The notes under the pieces are model-generated. The model searched no databases and was not told the DNA's origin. It saw only the letters and a list, made by a program, of their open reading frames with translations. From assembly GCA_963748825.1 (NCBI GenBank), contig CAVVKN010000018.1:32001-96000 (forward strand): a stretch of 64,000 nucleotides of DNA. The letters run 5' to 3'. Shown here piece by piece: positions 28,708-38,360 of this stretch. The position numbers and the translations under genes were made by a program. This stretch comes from Methanotrichaceae archaeon (GTDB taxonomy: Archaea > Halobacteriota > Methanosarcinia > Methanotrichales > Methanotrichaceae). Position 1 is the stretch's first letter, and each line of letters starts with the position of its first letter.

Positions 28708-28975
28708 AATCTCCGACTAAGCAATACTTGTCGATTACCGGCAGCAGCGCCGGGCAGCCGCAGGGCCGTGGTTGCTGCCGGCGCTCGGCTCCCGGCTGCG
28801 TTCCTGGCCGCCTGTGGGCCGGGTCGTCCGGGCTTGCGGCGCTGTTGTCAGGGCGGGCTGGCTTACCAGGCAAGCGATCTTGTCCGGGGCAGTGGGAAGG
28901 ACGGGCCTGGTTTCTGGTGGCGCTTATGTTCGGATAGGGAGACTTTTCGGGCGCCGACTAAGAGAGTTAGGAAAC
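28708..28975 (+). repeat. GC-rich structured repeat, copy C (diverged 3' part)
   Basis: TACCGGCAGCAGCGCCGGGCAGCCGCAGGGCCGTGGTTGCTGCCGGCGCTCGGCTCCCGGCTGCG ... ends GTTAGGAAAC. Confidence 0.88.
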
Positions 28976-29003
28976 CAGAAATCGCTAAAAGAACGAATCT
29001 GAA

Positions 29004-29525
29004 TTATTTAAATAAATCTATATCAACTGGCAGACCTACTCTCATGAAAAATCTTGCAAAAGCCTGAGACAAATGCTCTCTATAAGGAGGCAACAGCCTT
29101 AGTCTCTTGCCATTACGTTTGGACAATTCAATCAGGAAATCCAAAGGAACGCCGTAGACGTTCCTGAAATCCACCACTTGAAAATCTGTTTCAAATCCTT
29201 CTAATTCGCATCTGTTTAAGAGATGGTATCCAGAAAGGTTTCCCTGGCGCAGCGATTCTTTGCCTTTCCGGCTCTTGAAGAAATCGTTTTCGGATCCCAT
29301 TTCACTGATTGGCCAAATGGGACTTACCAGGACGTTATCCAGCTTGTGATGAGCAAGATCGCAGGACTGGCTCATAACAATCACATCATATTCGATTATC
29401 TCTGCTGAAATTCTTCCTTCCCCAATTGATGAAGATGGAACGATGACCGGACATGAAGTCATAAAATCGCCCTGCATGAGAGTTTCGTCTGCATCAGCGA
29501 TATCGTACCAGGGATAGTCTCTCAT
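29004..29525 (-). CDS. Hypothetical protein with QGD / SQSCDL / FARFFMRVG motifs; possible toxin
   Basis: 173-aa ORF in TA context, downstream of a small gene; function not recognised. Confidence 0.7.
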   Translation of the reverse strand: MRDYPWYDIADADETLMQGDFMTSCPVIVPSSSIGEGRISAEIIEYDVIVMSQSCDLAHHKLDNVLVSPIWPISEMGSENDFFKSRKGKESLRQGNLSGYHLLNRCELEGFETDFQVVDFRNVYGVPLDFLIELSKRNGKRLRLLPPYREHLSQAFARFFMRVGLPVDIDLFK

Positions 29526-29542
29526 GAAACCAAAAACATTGG

Positions 29543-29833
29543 CTAGATAGCCTCGGGCAATACAATCTTTGGTTTTGCCTTGGTGATATCTCTTACATCG
29601 ATCTCTACAAAATATCTTTTTTTGGGCGGCATGCGAACTACTACGTCATATTCTATTGAATCTTCAAGATTGGTTTTATTAGCAAATGCTTCCTTTGAAT
29701 CAACCTTCTCTTTGGTCGCCGATTGTGGATATGGTTTGGATTGGCTGACAGACATGAGTGTCCTCTCTATTAATTGCATGTTGCTTCTTAGAATATATCC
29801 CTTTGCCAGGAATATAATTTTTATGTTCTTCAT
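29543..29833 (-). CDS. Small hypothetical protein, possible partner of 29004-29525 (start may be 29755)
   Basis: ORF 17 bp upstream of its partner; AGAGAGGA RBS-like sequence before the ATG at 29755. Confidence 0.55.
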   Translation of the reverse strand: MKNIKIIFLAKGYILRSNMQLIERTLMSVSQSKPYPQSATKEKVDSKEAFANKTNLEDSIEYDVVVRMPPKKRYFVEIDVRDITKAKPKIVLPEAI

Positions 29834-29853
29834 CTAGTGACAGGTAGTAGCAA

Positions 29854-30078
29854 GGCCAGGCGGGCCCGCATGCACGCGTGCAGGCTCGCGCTCGGGGGCA
29901 GGGGGCCGGTCGGGCCTGAGGGCCTGGTGTGCTTGCTTCCGGTGGGGGGAGTTTTTCCTGGCGCTGGATTTCGGGAAACAATGTCGTCAGTTTGCGATTA
30001 ATATTAGCTGATAATTATAAACAGACAACTAACGGTCCCACCACAGAGGCACAGAGCGCACAGAGGACTCACAGAGAC
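29854..30078 (+). repeat. GC-rich structured repeat, diverged 3'-half copy
   Basis: GGGGCCGGTCGGGCCTGAG...GGGAAAC...TTTGCGATTAATATTAGCTGATAATTATA...ACCACAGAGGCACAGAGCGCACAGAGG aligns by eye with 26970-27135. Confidence 0.8.
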
Positions 30079-30099
30079 ATTTTTGGCAGAGAGATACGA

Positions 30100-30455
30100 T
30101 GCAGTCTCCATCTTTGCGATCCTTGCGCGCTACCGGCAGCAGCGCCGGGCAGCCGCGGACCGTGGTTGCTGCCGATGCTCGTGGTCCCGGCTGCGCTCTT
30201 GGCCGCCTGCCCGTGGTCCGGGCCGTCCGGGACTGCGGCGCAATCGTCAGGGCAGGCAGGAGCCCGGTCGGGCCTGAGAGCCAGGTGGCGCTGGACTCCG
30301 GCGGAGGCAATTTTCAGGATGCTGGGTTTTAGGAAACTGTGGTGATTCGCGGTTACTATTAGATGATAATTATAGCCGAACAATTACGAATATAACCGCA
30401 GAGGCGCAGAGCACGCGGAGGACGAACGAACGGAGACGACTATTGCTCAGGAGCA
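30100..30455 (+). repeat. GC-rich structured repeat, copy D (most complete)
   Basis: Contains all modules; 30140-30455 is near-identical to 26854-27168. Confidence 0.92.
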
Positions 30456-30471
30456 GTGCACTTTTCTGAAT

Positions 30472-30575
30472 GTGGTTGCTGCCGGCGCTCGGGTCCCGGC
30501 TGCGTTCGTGCCGCCGCCTGTGGGCCGGGCCGTCCGGGCTTGCTGCGCTTATTGTCAGGGCGGGCTGGCTTGCAC
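30472..30575 (+). repeat. GC-rich structured repeat, copy E (internal fragment)
   Basis: GTGGTTGCTGCCGGCGCTCGGGTCCCGGCTGCGTTCGTGCCGCCGCCTGTGGGCCGGGCCGTCCGGG matches copies A and C. Confidence 0.88.
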
Positions 30576-30884
30576 GCTCGGGCACCCACGCGCGCGGGGA
30601 GACTGCCACCGATGGCCGCTCGGCGGGCGTGGGCTGTACATAGGGCGGGGCAGCTAGAAGAACGCCAGGCTTGGCGTCGTCAGCTAATCTGGATATGCTT
30701 ACCAGCTACAAGCGAGCTCTATCGTTCATGAGGCAATAGTGCTCCGAAGAATTGAGACCGGCGAGTATTGTGGATTACGATTCATCATAGATAATTGGGT
30801 CATTCTCCTTTATATCTCATTGCTTCAAAAATATCCTAACTATATGAAAATTGGATATAATTATAAACATATTATGAATTATTT

Positions 30885-32411
30885 TTATCTTCTTTTCTTT
30901 AAATAGGCTAATATTCCTGGTATCTCCTCTAAATCTTCCGCCCAAATCGTATTTAAACCTAATTCTTGGTAAGACTTTTCTTGCAGCTCCTCATTCACAT
31001 TTGTAAATGAATAAAAAACATTTCCCCTCACGTTGTTTGGATTATGTTCAAATATTGTTCTAGGCAATATGACAAAATGCCTAGGATATTCGCTATTAGA
31101 CGCGGATATAGCAAGAAGTCTACGGAGGTTGGGATCATTTAGGGATAATCCGACCATAACACATGTTGATTCACGTAGAAAATTAAGTTGAATAATATTC
31201 TGCCAAGAATATGGATTCAATAGAAGTGAATGATATCCTTCTTCTGAAAATACTAAAAGACTCTGCGATAATTTTTCATCATCTTCTATTTCATATGGTA
31301 GGAATCCGTGCACGTGATAAATGCCCAATTCGTCCTGTGAAGGGATGTCTGGCTCCCTGTAGATGGAAACGCAATCTATTCCTTTTTCAGTTAGAACCTT
31401 TTCGAATACATCATCGAAATTGTATGTAACAACAGCCCTTACACCACCTCTATTGCTTCTCCTAGGCAAACATAATTGAGATAGGACCTCTAAGGATTCA
31501 GGCCAATGGTCATTAGGTTTTTTGAAATTTTTATACAAAATTTTCGATATTATTTTGATAAAATCCTTTCCAAGACCTGTCCTAATGTATCTTGCCTGAA
31601 GCAGAGGAGATGTATCATTCTCCGTTTTTAATTTTTTTAATATAGCACCTCGTTCCGAATTGTCAACAACTATTGATTTTTCAGCGAGCTTTTCGCTTAT
31701 CATCTCTACAAGCAAGTTTGAAATCAATGTGTCCCAGAGTGGAATTCCAACATCATTGGATATCCCTGAACCCAAAAATAACACAACGCCTTTATCTTTA
31801 TATAATTCGGTTAAACGATTGATATTTTCCTTCTTTTTTTCAATTCTCTCTTCAGAAGTTCGTTCCAAGCTTTTAGTGATTGTATCATTTAAGGCCAATT
31901 CAGATAATTCTTTCAATGAATTTATCGTCTCGAATGAATTGGCTTTCATAATATGCAATAGATCTTCTAAGTCCCATAATTTTAACTTTATATTACTTTT
32001 TTCGAAATAATTTTTAACATTTTCTTTAAATTGATCGCTTAATTTATCTCCAAATATTAAAAATAGATTTTCGAATGAAAGTTTGTTTCCATCTTTATTT
32101 TTATCAAATTTAGGTAATCTATGCAATATTGCATGAAAGTAATTAAATGTGTTTTTTATGTTTCCAGGTGATGCACTATATTTTATTTCAATTATGACAG
32201 GGCCCAGCAATTCATCGATTCCTTCCGGTGCATAAGCATCAGTTTCAAATTTTTTCCCGATTTCTGTTTTATAAGAGTAATATGGAATAAATGGCTTTGA
32301 TTTCTTTCTGAAATATTCTTCAAGTAATTTCAATACAAACGTTTCAAAAAGCATGTAGGAACGGGGGCCACCACTTTTGTCTAAATTATTTTTAAACTCA
32401 TTTAAATCCAT
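30885..32411 (-). CDS. SIR2-like (SIR2_2) domain protein with N-terminal PD-(D/E)xK REase-like domain; putative defence protein
   Basis: N-terminal FETFV...ETDAY...IIEIKY; SIR2 motifs VLFLGSGIS..GIPLW, VVTYNFDD, IYHVHG, VGLSLNDPNL; strongly AT-rich. Confidence 0.82.
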   Translation of the reverse strand: MDLNEFKNNLDKSGGPRSYMLFETFVLKLLEEYFRKKSKPFIPYYSYKTEIGKKFETDAYAPEGIDELLGPVIIEIKYSASPGNIKNTFNYFHAILHRLPKFDKNKDGNKLSFENLFLIFGDKLSDQFKENVKNYFEKSNIKLKLWDLEDLLHIMKANSFETINSLKELSELALNDTITKSLERTSEERIEKKKENINRLTELYKDKGVVLFLGSGISNDVGIPLWDTLISNLLVEMISEKLAEKSIVVDNSERGAILKKLKTENDTSPLLQARYIRTGLGKDFIKIISKILYKNFKKPNDHWPESLEVLSQLCLPRRSNRGGVRAVVTYNFDDVFEKVLTEKGIDCVSIYREPDIPSQDELGIYHVHGFLPYEIEDDEKLSQSLLVFSEEGYHSLLLNPYSWQNIIQLNFLRESTCVMVGLSLNDPNLRRLLAISASNSEYPRHFVILPRTIFEHNPNNVRGNVFYSFTNVNEELQEKSYQELGLNTIWAEDLEEIPGILAYLKKRR

Positions 32412-32516
32412 ATTTTAGCCTGCCTTATGCACGGGATGGTACGAAATCATCTCGCTTTGTAACGTTCCTGGGAAAATTGATAAATGTGTTGCTCATCTTG
32501 AGCCTTGGGTGATGAC

Positions 32517-32740
32517 ATGGATGCCAGAGATTACAATCGCCACTAAGAGATATATTTCCGAGACACCGAAACTTTAACCAAGTTCATCTTTGAGACGGTC
32601 TCTACAAAAAGAGATGCTAATAACTGGGTGGTCATCTGCCTGGTCCAGGACTTATTGAAGATAGAGGCAAGAAGTTCAGGCAAATCGTGAATGGCCAAGG
32701 TGGAATCCTGGAAGTCGAAATGCTCAACAAGAGTCCCATT
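32517..32740 (+). pseudogene. Frameshifted paralog of the 33199-33426 gene
   Basis: Translates MDARD...TKFIFETVSTKRDANNWVVICLVQDL / EDRGKKFRQIVNGQGGILEVE, versus MNAKD...IKFIFETVSVKREGDKWTVICMVQDLFEDEGKKFKIIVDNEGEVLDVE. Confidence 0.8.
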
Positions 32741-32856
32741 GAATCATTGCAGGCAGAGCATCATTGGGTCAGACTTCCGTCTCTTTCCTGAGAGTCGGAG
32801 CTGCTCAGATTTAAGCAAGCAAAACCTTATTCCTGGCCCTCCGGTCAAGATCAAGC

Positions 32857-33128
32857 TCATCCAATTGAGTTAGCCCGCTGGGGCTTGAACGCGATCTCCC
32901 CCGCCGCCAGGGGCTTTGCCAGCAGCCGTCCCGCAAAGAATTCCTTCATGATCACATCGATCTCTCTTGATACCTCCTGCGTGTATTCGACCTCGCCGTA
33001 GGTATCGCAGATGAGAGCCGGAACATCCTTAATGACCACGATCTCATTTCCAACCTAGCCATAAAATCATGTCTGCCTTCACGCATCTTGCCTGAGCAAC
33101 GGCAGCAATCATGGGCATCCGAATTCAT
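32857..33128 (-). pseudogene. YgiT/MqsA-type zinc-finger protein, frameshifted
   Basis: MNSDAHDCCRCSGKMREG.. in one frame and VVIKDVPALICDTYGEVEY in another; second CxxC reads CDTY. Confidence 0.75.
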
Positions 33129-33198
33129 CTGCCCCCCTCTTTCTGGGGAAAATTTAAAAAGGTATGGCTCATAATTAAACCAAATTTGAGGCGAGATC

Positions 33199-33426
33199 GT
33201 GAATGCTAAAGATGCTGGAATAGCGGCCAAGAAGTATTTTGAAGAGACCAAGTCACTTATAAAATTCATCTTTGAAACCGTTTCTGTTAAAAGGGAAGGA
33301 GATAAGTGGACAGTCATTTGCATGGTTCAAGATCTATTTGAAGATGAAGGCAAAAAGTTCAAAATAATCGTCGATAACGAGGGAGAAGTTCTGGATGTTG
33401 AAAAAATTGATCAAATTCCCTGCTAA
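33199..33426 (+). CDS. Small hypothetical protein, putative antitoxin or partner of the downstream PIN gene
   Basis: 75-aa ORF, GAGG RBS, overlaps the PIN gene; has a decayed paralog at 32517. Confidence 0.7.
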   Translation: MNAKDAGIAAKKYFEETKSLIKFIFETVSVKREGDKWTVICMVQDLFEDEGKKFKIIVDNEGEVLDVEKIDQIPC

Positions 33427-33913
33427 AGTAATAATCGATACCGGACCACTTCTATTGTTTCTCGCAGGAAATTATGATCCTGAATACATCCCTAAAATAA
33501 AAAGAATAAAATATGGAGGCGAGCCCTGCAATAAGATACATTATGATATCCTAATGCAGTATCTGAACCATACAAAGGAGCGATTGATTACCCCTGGGAT
33601 TCTTTCAGAGGCATGGAACCTTATAGATAATGATATTAGTAATAAAAAAGATAAAAAGGAATTATTTGATGCGAATATAAATTATTTTAAACTTATGAAT
33701 GAAATCTATGTACCCAAAAATGAAATTCTATCGGATAAATACTTAAGTTCGAATGCATGGAAATTCGGCTTTACGGATTCATCGATTATTTTATGTGCAA
33801 AAAATAATAGCGCTTGCGTATTAACACAGGATTTTCCATTATTCAATATTTGCAAAAATTTAAAAATAGATACAAATCATTTAAGCTCAATTCTCAGCTT
33901 GGCAGATCTATAA
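33395..33913 (+). CDS. PIN-domain protein (VapC-like)
   Basis: VIIDTGPLL...ITPGILSEA...FGFTDSSII...VLTQDFPL. Confidence 0.8.
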   Translation: MLKKLIKFPAKVIIDTGPLLLFLAGNYDPEYIPKIKRIKYGGEPCNKIHYDILMQYLNHTKERLITPGILSEAWNLIDNDISNKKDKKELFDANINYFKLMNEIYVPKNEILSDKYLSSNAWKFGFTDSSIILCAKNNSACVLTQDFPLFNICKNLKIDTNHLSSILSLADL

Positions 33914-33993
33914 AAAATGTATCAATTAATATAAATCACTGGCTTTCCCGGCTCATCCGCCGTGCAGCATCTTTCCCAGCCTATTTGAACCGC

Positions 33994-34036
33994 CGTCTCC
34001 GTGTTCGTTCTCTGTGCGCTCTGCGCCTCTGCGGTT
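33994..34036 (-). repeat. Inverted copy of the repeat's terminal AACCGCAGAGGCGCAGAG motif
   Basis: Reverse complement AACCGCAGAGGCGCAGAGCGCACAGAGAACGAACACGGAGACG matches 27107-27151 and 30394-30438. Confidence 0.88.
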
Positions 34037-34091
34037 AAATTCCGTTAGCCCCAGGTTTAGCACCCAGAGCCAACGGTCTTCAGCCATCCTT

Positions 34092-36945
34092 TCACTCAAT
34101 ATAAATCGCCGGCCTCCCCGGTTCCGCTTGCTTGCTCTTGCCCTTGGGGTCCTCCCCCGCCTCGTCCGCCGAGTAGATCTCCACCGGCACACCCAGCGCC
34201 GTCTGCAGGTATGCCTTCTCTCTGGAGAGCGTCTCGAACTCGTCCAGCCCCAGCGCCTCAGCCGAGAGCGAGTGCGCCGCCTTGGCCAACTTTTGGGCAT
34301 ACTTGGGCGCATCCTTCTTGTGCTCCGAAATAGACGGGCGTTGCCATGGCCTGCTTCATGAGCGCTCCCATGTCCAGCTTGCCGCCTGAGGCCGCCTCAA
34401 CAGCGAGCCGCAGCATCTCCTTCTTCCAGGCAGGAGCAGTGTAGAGCGTGATCTTCGTAGGCGTGGCTTTGGTAACGCTCACAATCTCCTGCACGTCCTT
34501 GAGCGTCCGCTCCAGCAGGTCCTCCGCCTTCTCCGCCTGCGGATCGATGAGCGCCGCATCCGCCACCGGCCACTGGGCCAGCGAGGCGTAGCCCTCGCCC
34601 AGGCCCGCCGCCCACAGCTCCTCGCAGACGTGCGGCGTGAAGGGCGACATCATGCGCACCCAGGCGCTGAGCACAGCCCGCAGCTGATTCTTGCCACCCC
34701 TTCTCTGGTACCAGCGCAGATCATTGAAGAGCAGGTAAAAGGCGTTCTGCAGCGCCCTTCGGGTTTGGATGTTTTCCAAGGCCTGCGTGGCCTCAGCAAT
34801 GCGCCGCTGCAGCCGGGAGAGCATCCAGCGGTCGATGAGCGTCTTCTCTGCCGACTCATCGATGCTGCTGTCGGCCAGAATCTCCCTTGCCAGATTGTAA
34901 AACCTCTCCAGGTGAGCATAGGTGGCCTCTACCGCATCATTTCTCCAGTCCACGTCCGCCGTTCCCTCGGCATTGCCCAGGATGTAGAGGCGCGTCACGT
35001 CCGCCCCGTTTTCAGCTACCGCCTGGCGCAAAGTGAGAATCGGCCCCTTGGACTTGGACATCTTCTTGCCCTCCAGGGAGACGAAGCCGTTGACTGCGAT
35101 AGCTTTTGGCCAGAGCCGCTCCGGGAATATGGCCACGTGATGGTAGAGGAAGAAGAGCAGGTGGTTAGCGACCAGATCCTTTCCTGAGGTTCGCAGGTCT
35201 ACCGGATACCAGTAGGCGAAGTCGTCGTGTATCTTCTGCACGGTCTCCTGGGGCACTCCCGTGAGAGCGGCCACGCTGGCGGCGTCGCCGTTGTTCATGA
35301 AGATGTACTCGAAGAACTCAGGCGGCAGCTGGTCAATCTTCATCCCGGCGTTCACATACTTGGCCAGGATGTAGTAGGCCATGTAGATCGTGGAATCCCC
35401 AAGCGATTCAATGAGCCACTCTTTGTCCCAGGGAAGATGAGTGCCGAGTCCCTTACGCCTCGCACAGGCCTTGTCCTTGAGCCAGTCCACCTTGTTTATG
35501 AACTCCACCCGAAACTCCTCGGGTATAATCTTCATGCCTGCCAGGCAGCGCAGCACATTAGCCTTCCACTCCACATCGGAGTACTCCAGGAACCACTGGT
35601 CTCGAACCAACATAATGACGCAGCGCGTGCCGCAGCGGCAGATTACCGGCGTCTCGGAAAACTCATAGAAGATCTCAGCTATGCCCTGCTCGATCAGATC
35701 GGCCAGGAGAACGTCCTTGATCTTGCTGACGGCTATGCCCGCATACTTTCCCGTGTTGGCCTTGAGAACGCCGTTGTGAAACTCGCGCCGGTAGACCATC
35801 TTGGTGGCATCTTCTGCCTTGGGGTCGTTCTGGTCCTTAACCTTCAGCTCGTTTACGGCTTCCACCGCGGGCATTTCACCGTAGCCGGGCGACTCAATCA
35901 AGGAGATGAACTTGATATTTCTCAGATCCTCGGTGATGCCAAACTCGGAGAGGTCTTTGCCGTACAGATCCTTGAGCGCCAGATAATCGTAAGGCGCATG
36001 AGCCGGAACGGACATGACGATTCCCGAGCCGTTGTCCGGGTCCACGAATCCGGCAGGCAGCACGAGAACTTCGGTGCCGGTGAGGGGGTTAGTGACCCTC
36101 TTGCCGATCAGCTCCTTTCCCGAGATCTCCCCGGACAAAGCTACGGTCCGGTCCGTGAAGGTTAATTTCTCATAGGCCTCTTTGGATACCACCCAGGTTT
36201 CATCGTTCACTTTGGCCAGGACGTAATTGACATCCGGGTTGAGCCAGAGGTTGACCACTCCAAAGACCGTCTCCGGGCGCAGTGTGGCGCAGGGCAGGAC
36301 TCTGTCTCCCATTCTGAACTTGATCAGGGCAAAGTCCATGATGGTGGCATCCTCGCCTTTGAGAATGTCGTGATCCTCCACCGGATTTCGATCATGCGGG
36401 CACCAGCGCACCGGATGGCTGCCCTTGACCACATAATCCAGGCGGCGCAAAATGCCGTACTGCCACTCGATGAACTTGCTGTAAGCCGGATCGGTGGTGG
36501 TAAACTCCCGCCTCCAGTCGATGGAGTAGCCGATAGACTGCATGGCCGCTTTCGCCTGGCGGCGGAAGTAGAGCACAATCTTCTCCGGCGTGTTTAGCTC
36601 AGAGAGCTCCTCCTCAGGAATGCCGTGCAGCTTGGTGTAAACATCCCAGATCAATGGGTCGCGTTTGGCAATGAGCTCGGAGAGGCCCACTATCGGCGTT
36701 CCCGTGGCGTGGAAAGCCATGGGGAAGAGAACATTCTTTCCCTGCATGCGCATGAAGCGCGCCACTGCATCGCCAATGGTGAAGGTGCGCGTATGCCCGG
36801 CATGCAAATTTCCATTGAGATAAGGATAAGGTATGGTTAAAAAGAACTTCTGGCGATCGTCCGGCTCGGGCTGGAAGACCGTTTTATCCTCCCAGGTCTT
36901 CTGCCACTTGGCCTCGATCTCCTTAGCAGAATAATTTTCCAGCAA
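34092..36945 (-). CDS. leuS: Leucyl-tRNA synthetase (archaeal type), with a +1 frameshift near 34337
   Basis: PYPYLNGNLHAGH (HIGH-like), ATLRPET, KMSKSKG. The C-terminus (...EPGRPAIYIE, 34092-34335) lies in another frame. Confidence 0.95.
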
Positions 36946-37012
36946 CTTTTATTCCCTCCGAATATGATTTGTGAAATTCAAAAGACCAAAGACATAGGAA
37001 TCTCGCGACCCC

Positions 37013-38164
37013 TTACTTGTCCATCTTCTGCAGCCGCACCACTGCCTCTTCTATCCGCGGCGTCGGCTGGGTGATGGAAAACCTGACGTATCCCTCGCCG
37101 TACTCTCCAAAGCCCACACCGGGCGTGGCCACGATGCCCGTCTTCTCTAAGAGCCTTCCTGCGTACTCAATGGAGCTTCCTCCCACCCAGGCCCAGAGGT
37201 AGAGCGTGGCGTGCGGCTTTTCCAGCTGCAGCCCCAGATCCTTCAGGGCCTTGTAGAGAATCTCAATTCTGTGCTGGTAGATCTTCCTGATCCCGTCCAC
37301 AACCTCTTTCGGGCTCTCCAGGGCCACAATTCCCGCATCCTGCACCGCCCCAAAGGTTCCAGAGTCGATGTTGCTTTTGATCTTGCCTATTCCGGCCACA
37401 ACGTCGCTGTTCCCCACGACTGAGCCGATCCTCCAGCCGGTCATGTTGTACGTTTTCGAGAGCGAGTGAAACTCCACCGCCACATCCCTCGCCCCCTCCA
37501 GCTCCAGAAGGGACAGCGACCTTTCCCCATCGTAGTACGTCTCCGAATATGGATTATCGTGCATGACGATGATATTGTAGTCATTGGCGAAGTCGATTAC
37601 TTTCTTGAAGAAGCTCCGGTCTGCCGAGGCGCCGATGGGGTTATTGGGGTAGTTGAGAAACATGATCTTGGCCCGGCGGGCGTTCGCGGGAGCTATGGCA
37701 TCCAGATCAGGCAAAAATTTGTTCTCCCGGAGAAGCGGCATGATAACAGGCTCGCCTCCGGCAAAGACGGTGGCCGTGCGGTAAACGGGATAAGCGGGAT
37801 CGGGCACTAAGGCCGCGTCACCGGGATTGATGAAGGCCAGGGGCGCATGGGCAATTCCTTCCTTGGAGCCGATCAAGGTGAGCACCTCCTTTTTCGGATC
37901 CAGGTCGACGTCAAATGTCCTCTTGTACCAGTCCGCTACAGCCGTCCGGAAGGCCAGCTTGCCCTCGTAAGAAGGATACTGGTGATTGGACGGGTCACTG
38001 GCCGCCTTATTCAGGGCTTTGACGATGTGCTCGGGCGTTGGCAAATCGGGATCGCCCACGCTCAGGTCGATTACATCCACGCCTTTTGCCCGTGCTTCTT
38101 GTTTTGCCTTATCGATAGCAGCAAAGAGGTATGGCGGGAGATTTTTTATCCGATCGGCGTACAT
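37013..38164 (-). CDS. dapL: LL-diaminopimelate aminotransferase (class I/II PLP)
   Basis: ADRIKNLPPYLFAAID, GDPDLPTP, LIGSKEGIAH, NYPNNP, EFHSLSKTYNMTGWRIG. Confidence 0.85.
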   Translation of the reverse strand: MYADRIKNLPPYLFAAIDKAKQEARAKGVDVIDLSVGDPDLPTPEHIVKALNKAASDPSNHQYPSYEGKLAFRTAVADWYKRTFDVDLDPKKEVLTLIGSKEGIAHAPLAFINPGDAALVPDPAYPVYRTATVFAGGEPVIMPLLRENKFLPDLDAIAPANARRAKIMFLNYPNNPIGASADRSFFKKVIDFANDYNIIVMHDNPYSETYYDGERSLSLLELEGARDVAVEFHSLSKTYNMTGWRIGSVVGNSDVVAGIGKIKSNIDSGTFGAVQDAGIVALESPKEVVDGIRKIYQHRIEILYKALKDLGLQLEKPHATLYLWAWVGGSSIEYAGRLLEKTGIVATPGVGFGEYGEGYVRFSITQPTPRIEEAVVRLQKMDK

Positions 38165-38300
38165 TAGTTTCTCTCCATGGAAGATGCATTTATATGATGA
38201 CGGTCAACTATTTTTTGGGGTTCCTTTAAAGGATATTTTGACTACTATCCTGCAGGTACTACTTTCACGTAGTATTTAAGATTAGAGGAGCCTGGAGACA

Positions 38301-38360
38301 GATGCTTGAGATTTGGATGCTTTAGATTTGGGTGCTGGAGACGTAGATGCTGGAGATAAA
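38301..38360 (+). repeat. Degenerate 15-bp tandem repeat x4 spanning the hel308 start codon
   Basis: GATGCTTGAGATTTG / GATGCTTTAGATTTG / GGTGCTGGAGACGTA / GATGCTGGAGATAAA. Confidence 0.7.

Noticed and set aside
26828-30455. Classical integron attC sites
   Set aside because: No clear RYYYAAC/GTTRRRY pairs at repeat ends (only partial matches such as GTTAGGA at 28966) and no integrase in the window; retained only as an analogy.
26854-30575. CRISPR array
   Set aside because: Repeats are 100-350 bp, degenerate and separated by whole genes; no cas genes.
26821-30731. Short ORFs overlapping the GC-rich repeats (e.g. 26821-27045, 27608-27931, 28653-29067, 29929-30731)
   Set aside because: They are translations of the repeat in several frames, Arg/Pro/Ala/Gly-rich, with no protein motifs.
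34630-36840. Long antisense ORFs opposite leuS (e.g. 35227-36165) and opposite other core genes
   Set aside because: Shadow ORFs expected from GC-rich codon usage on the coding strand.
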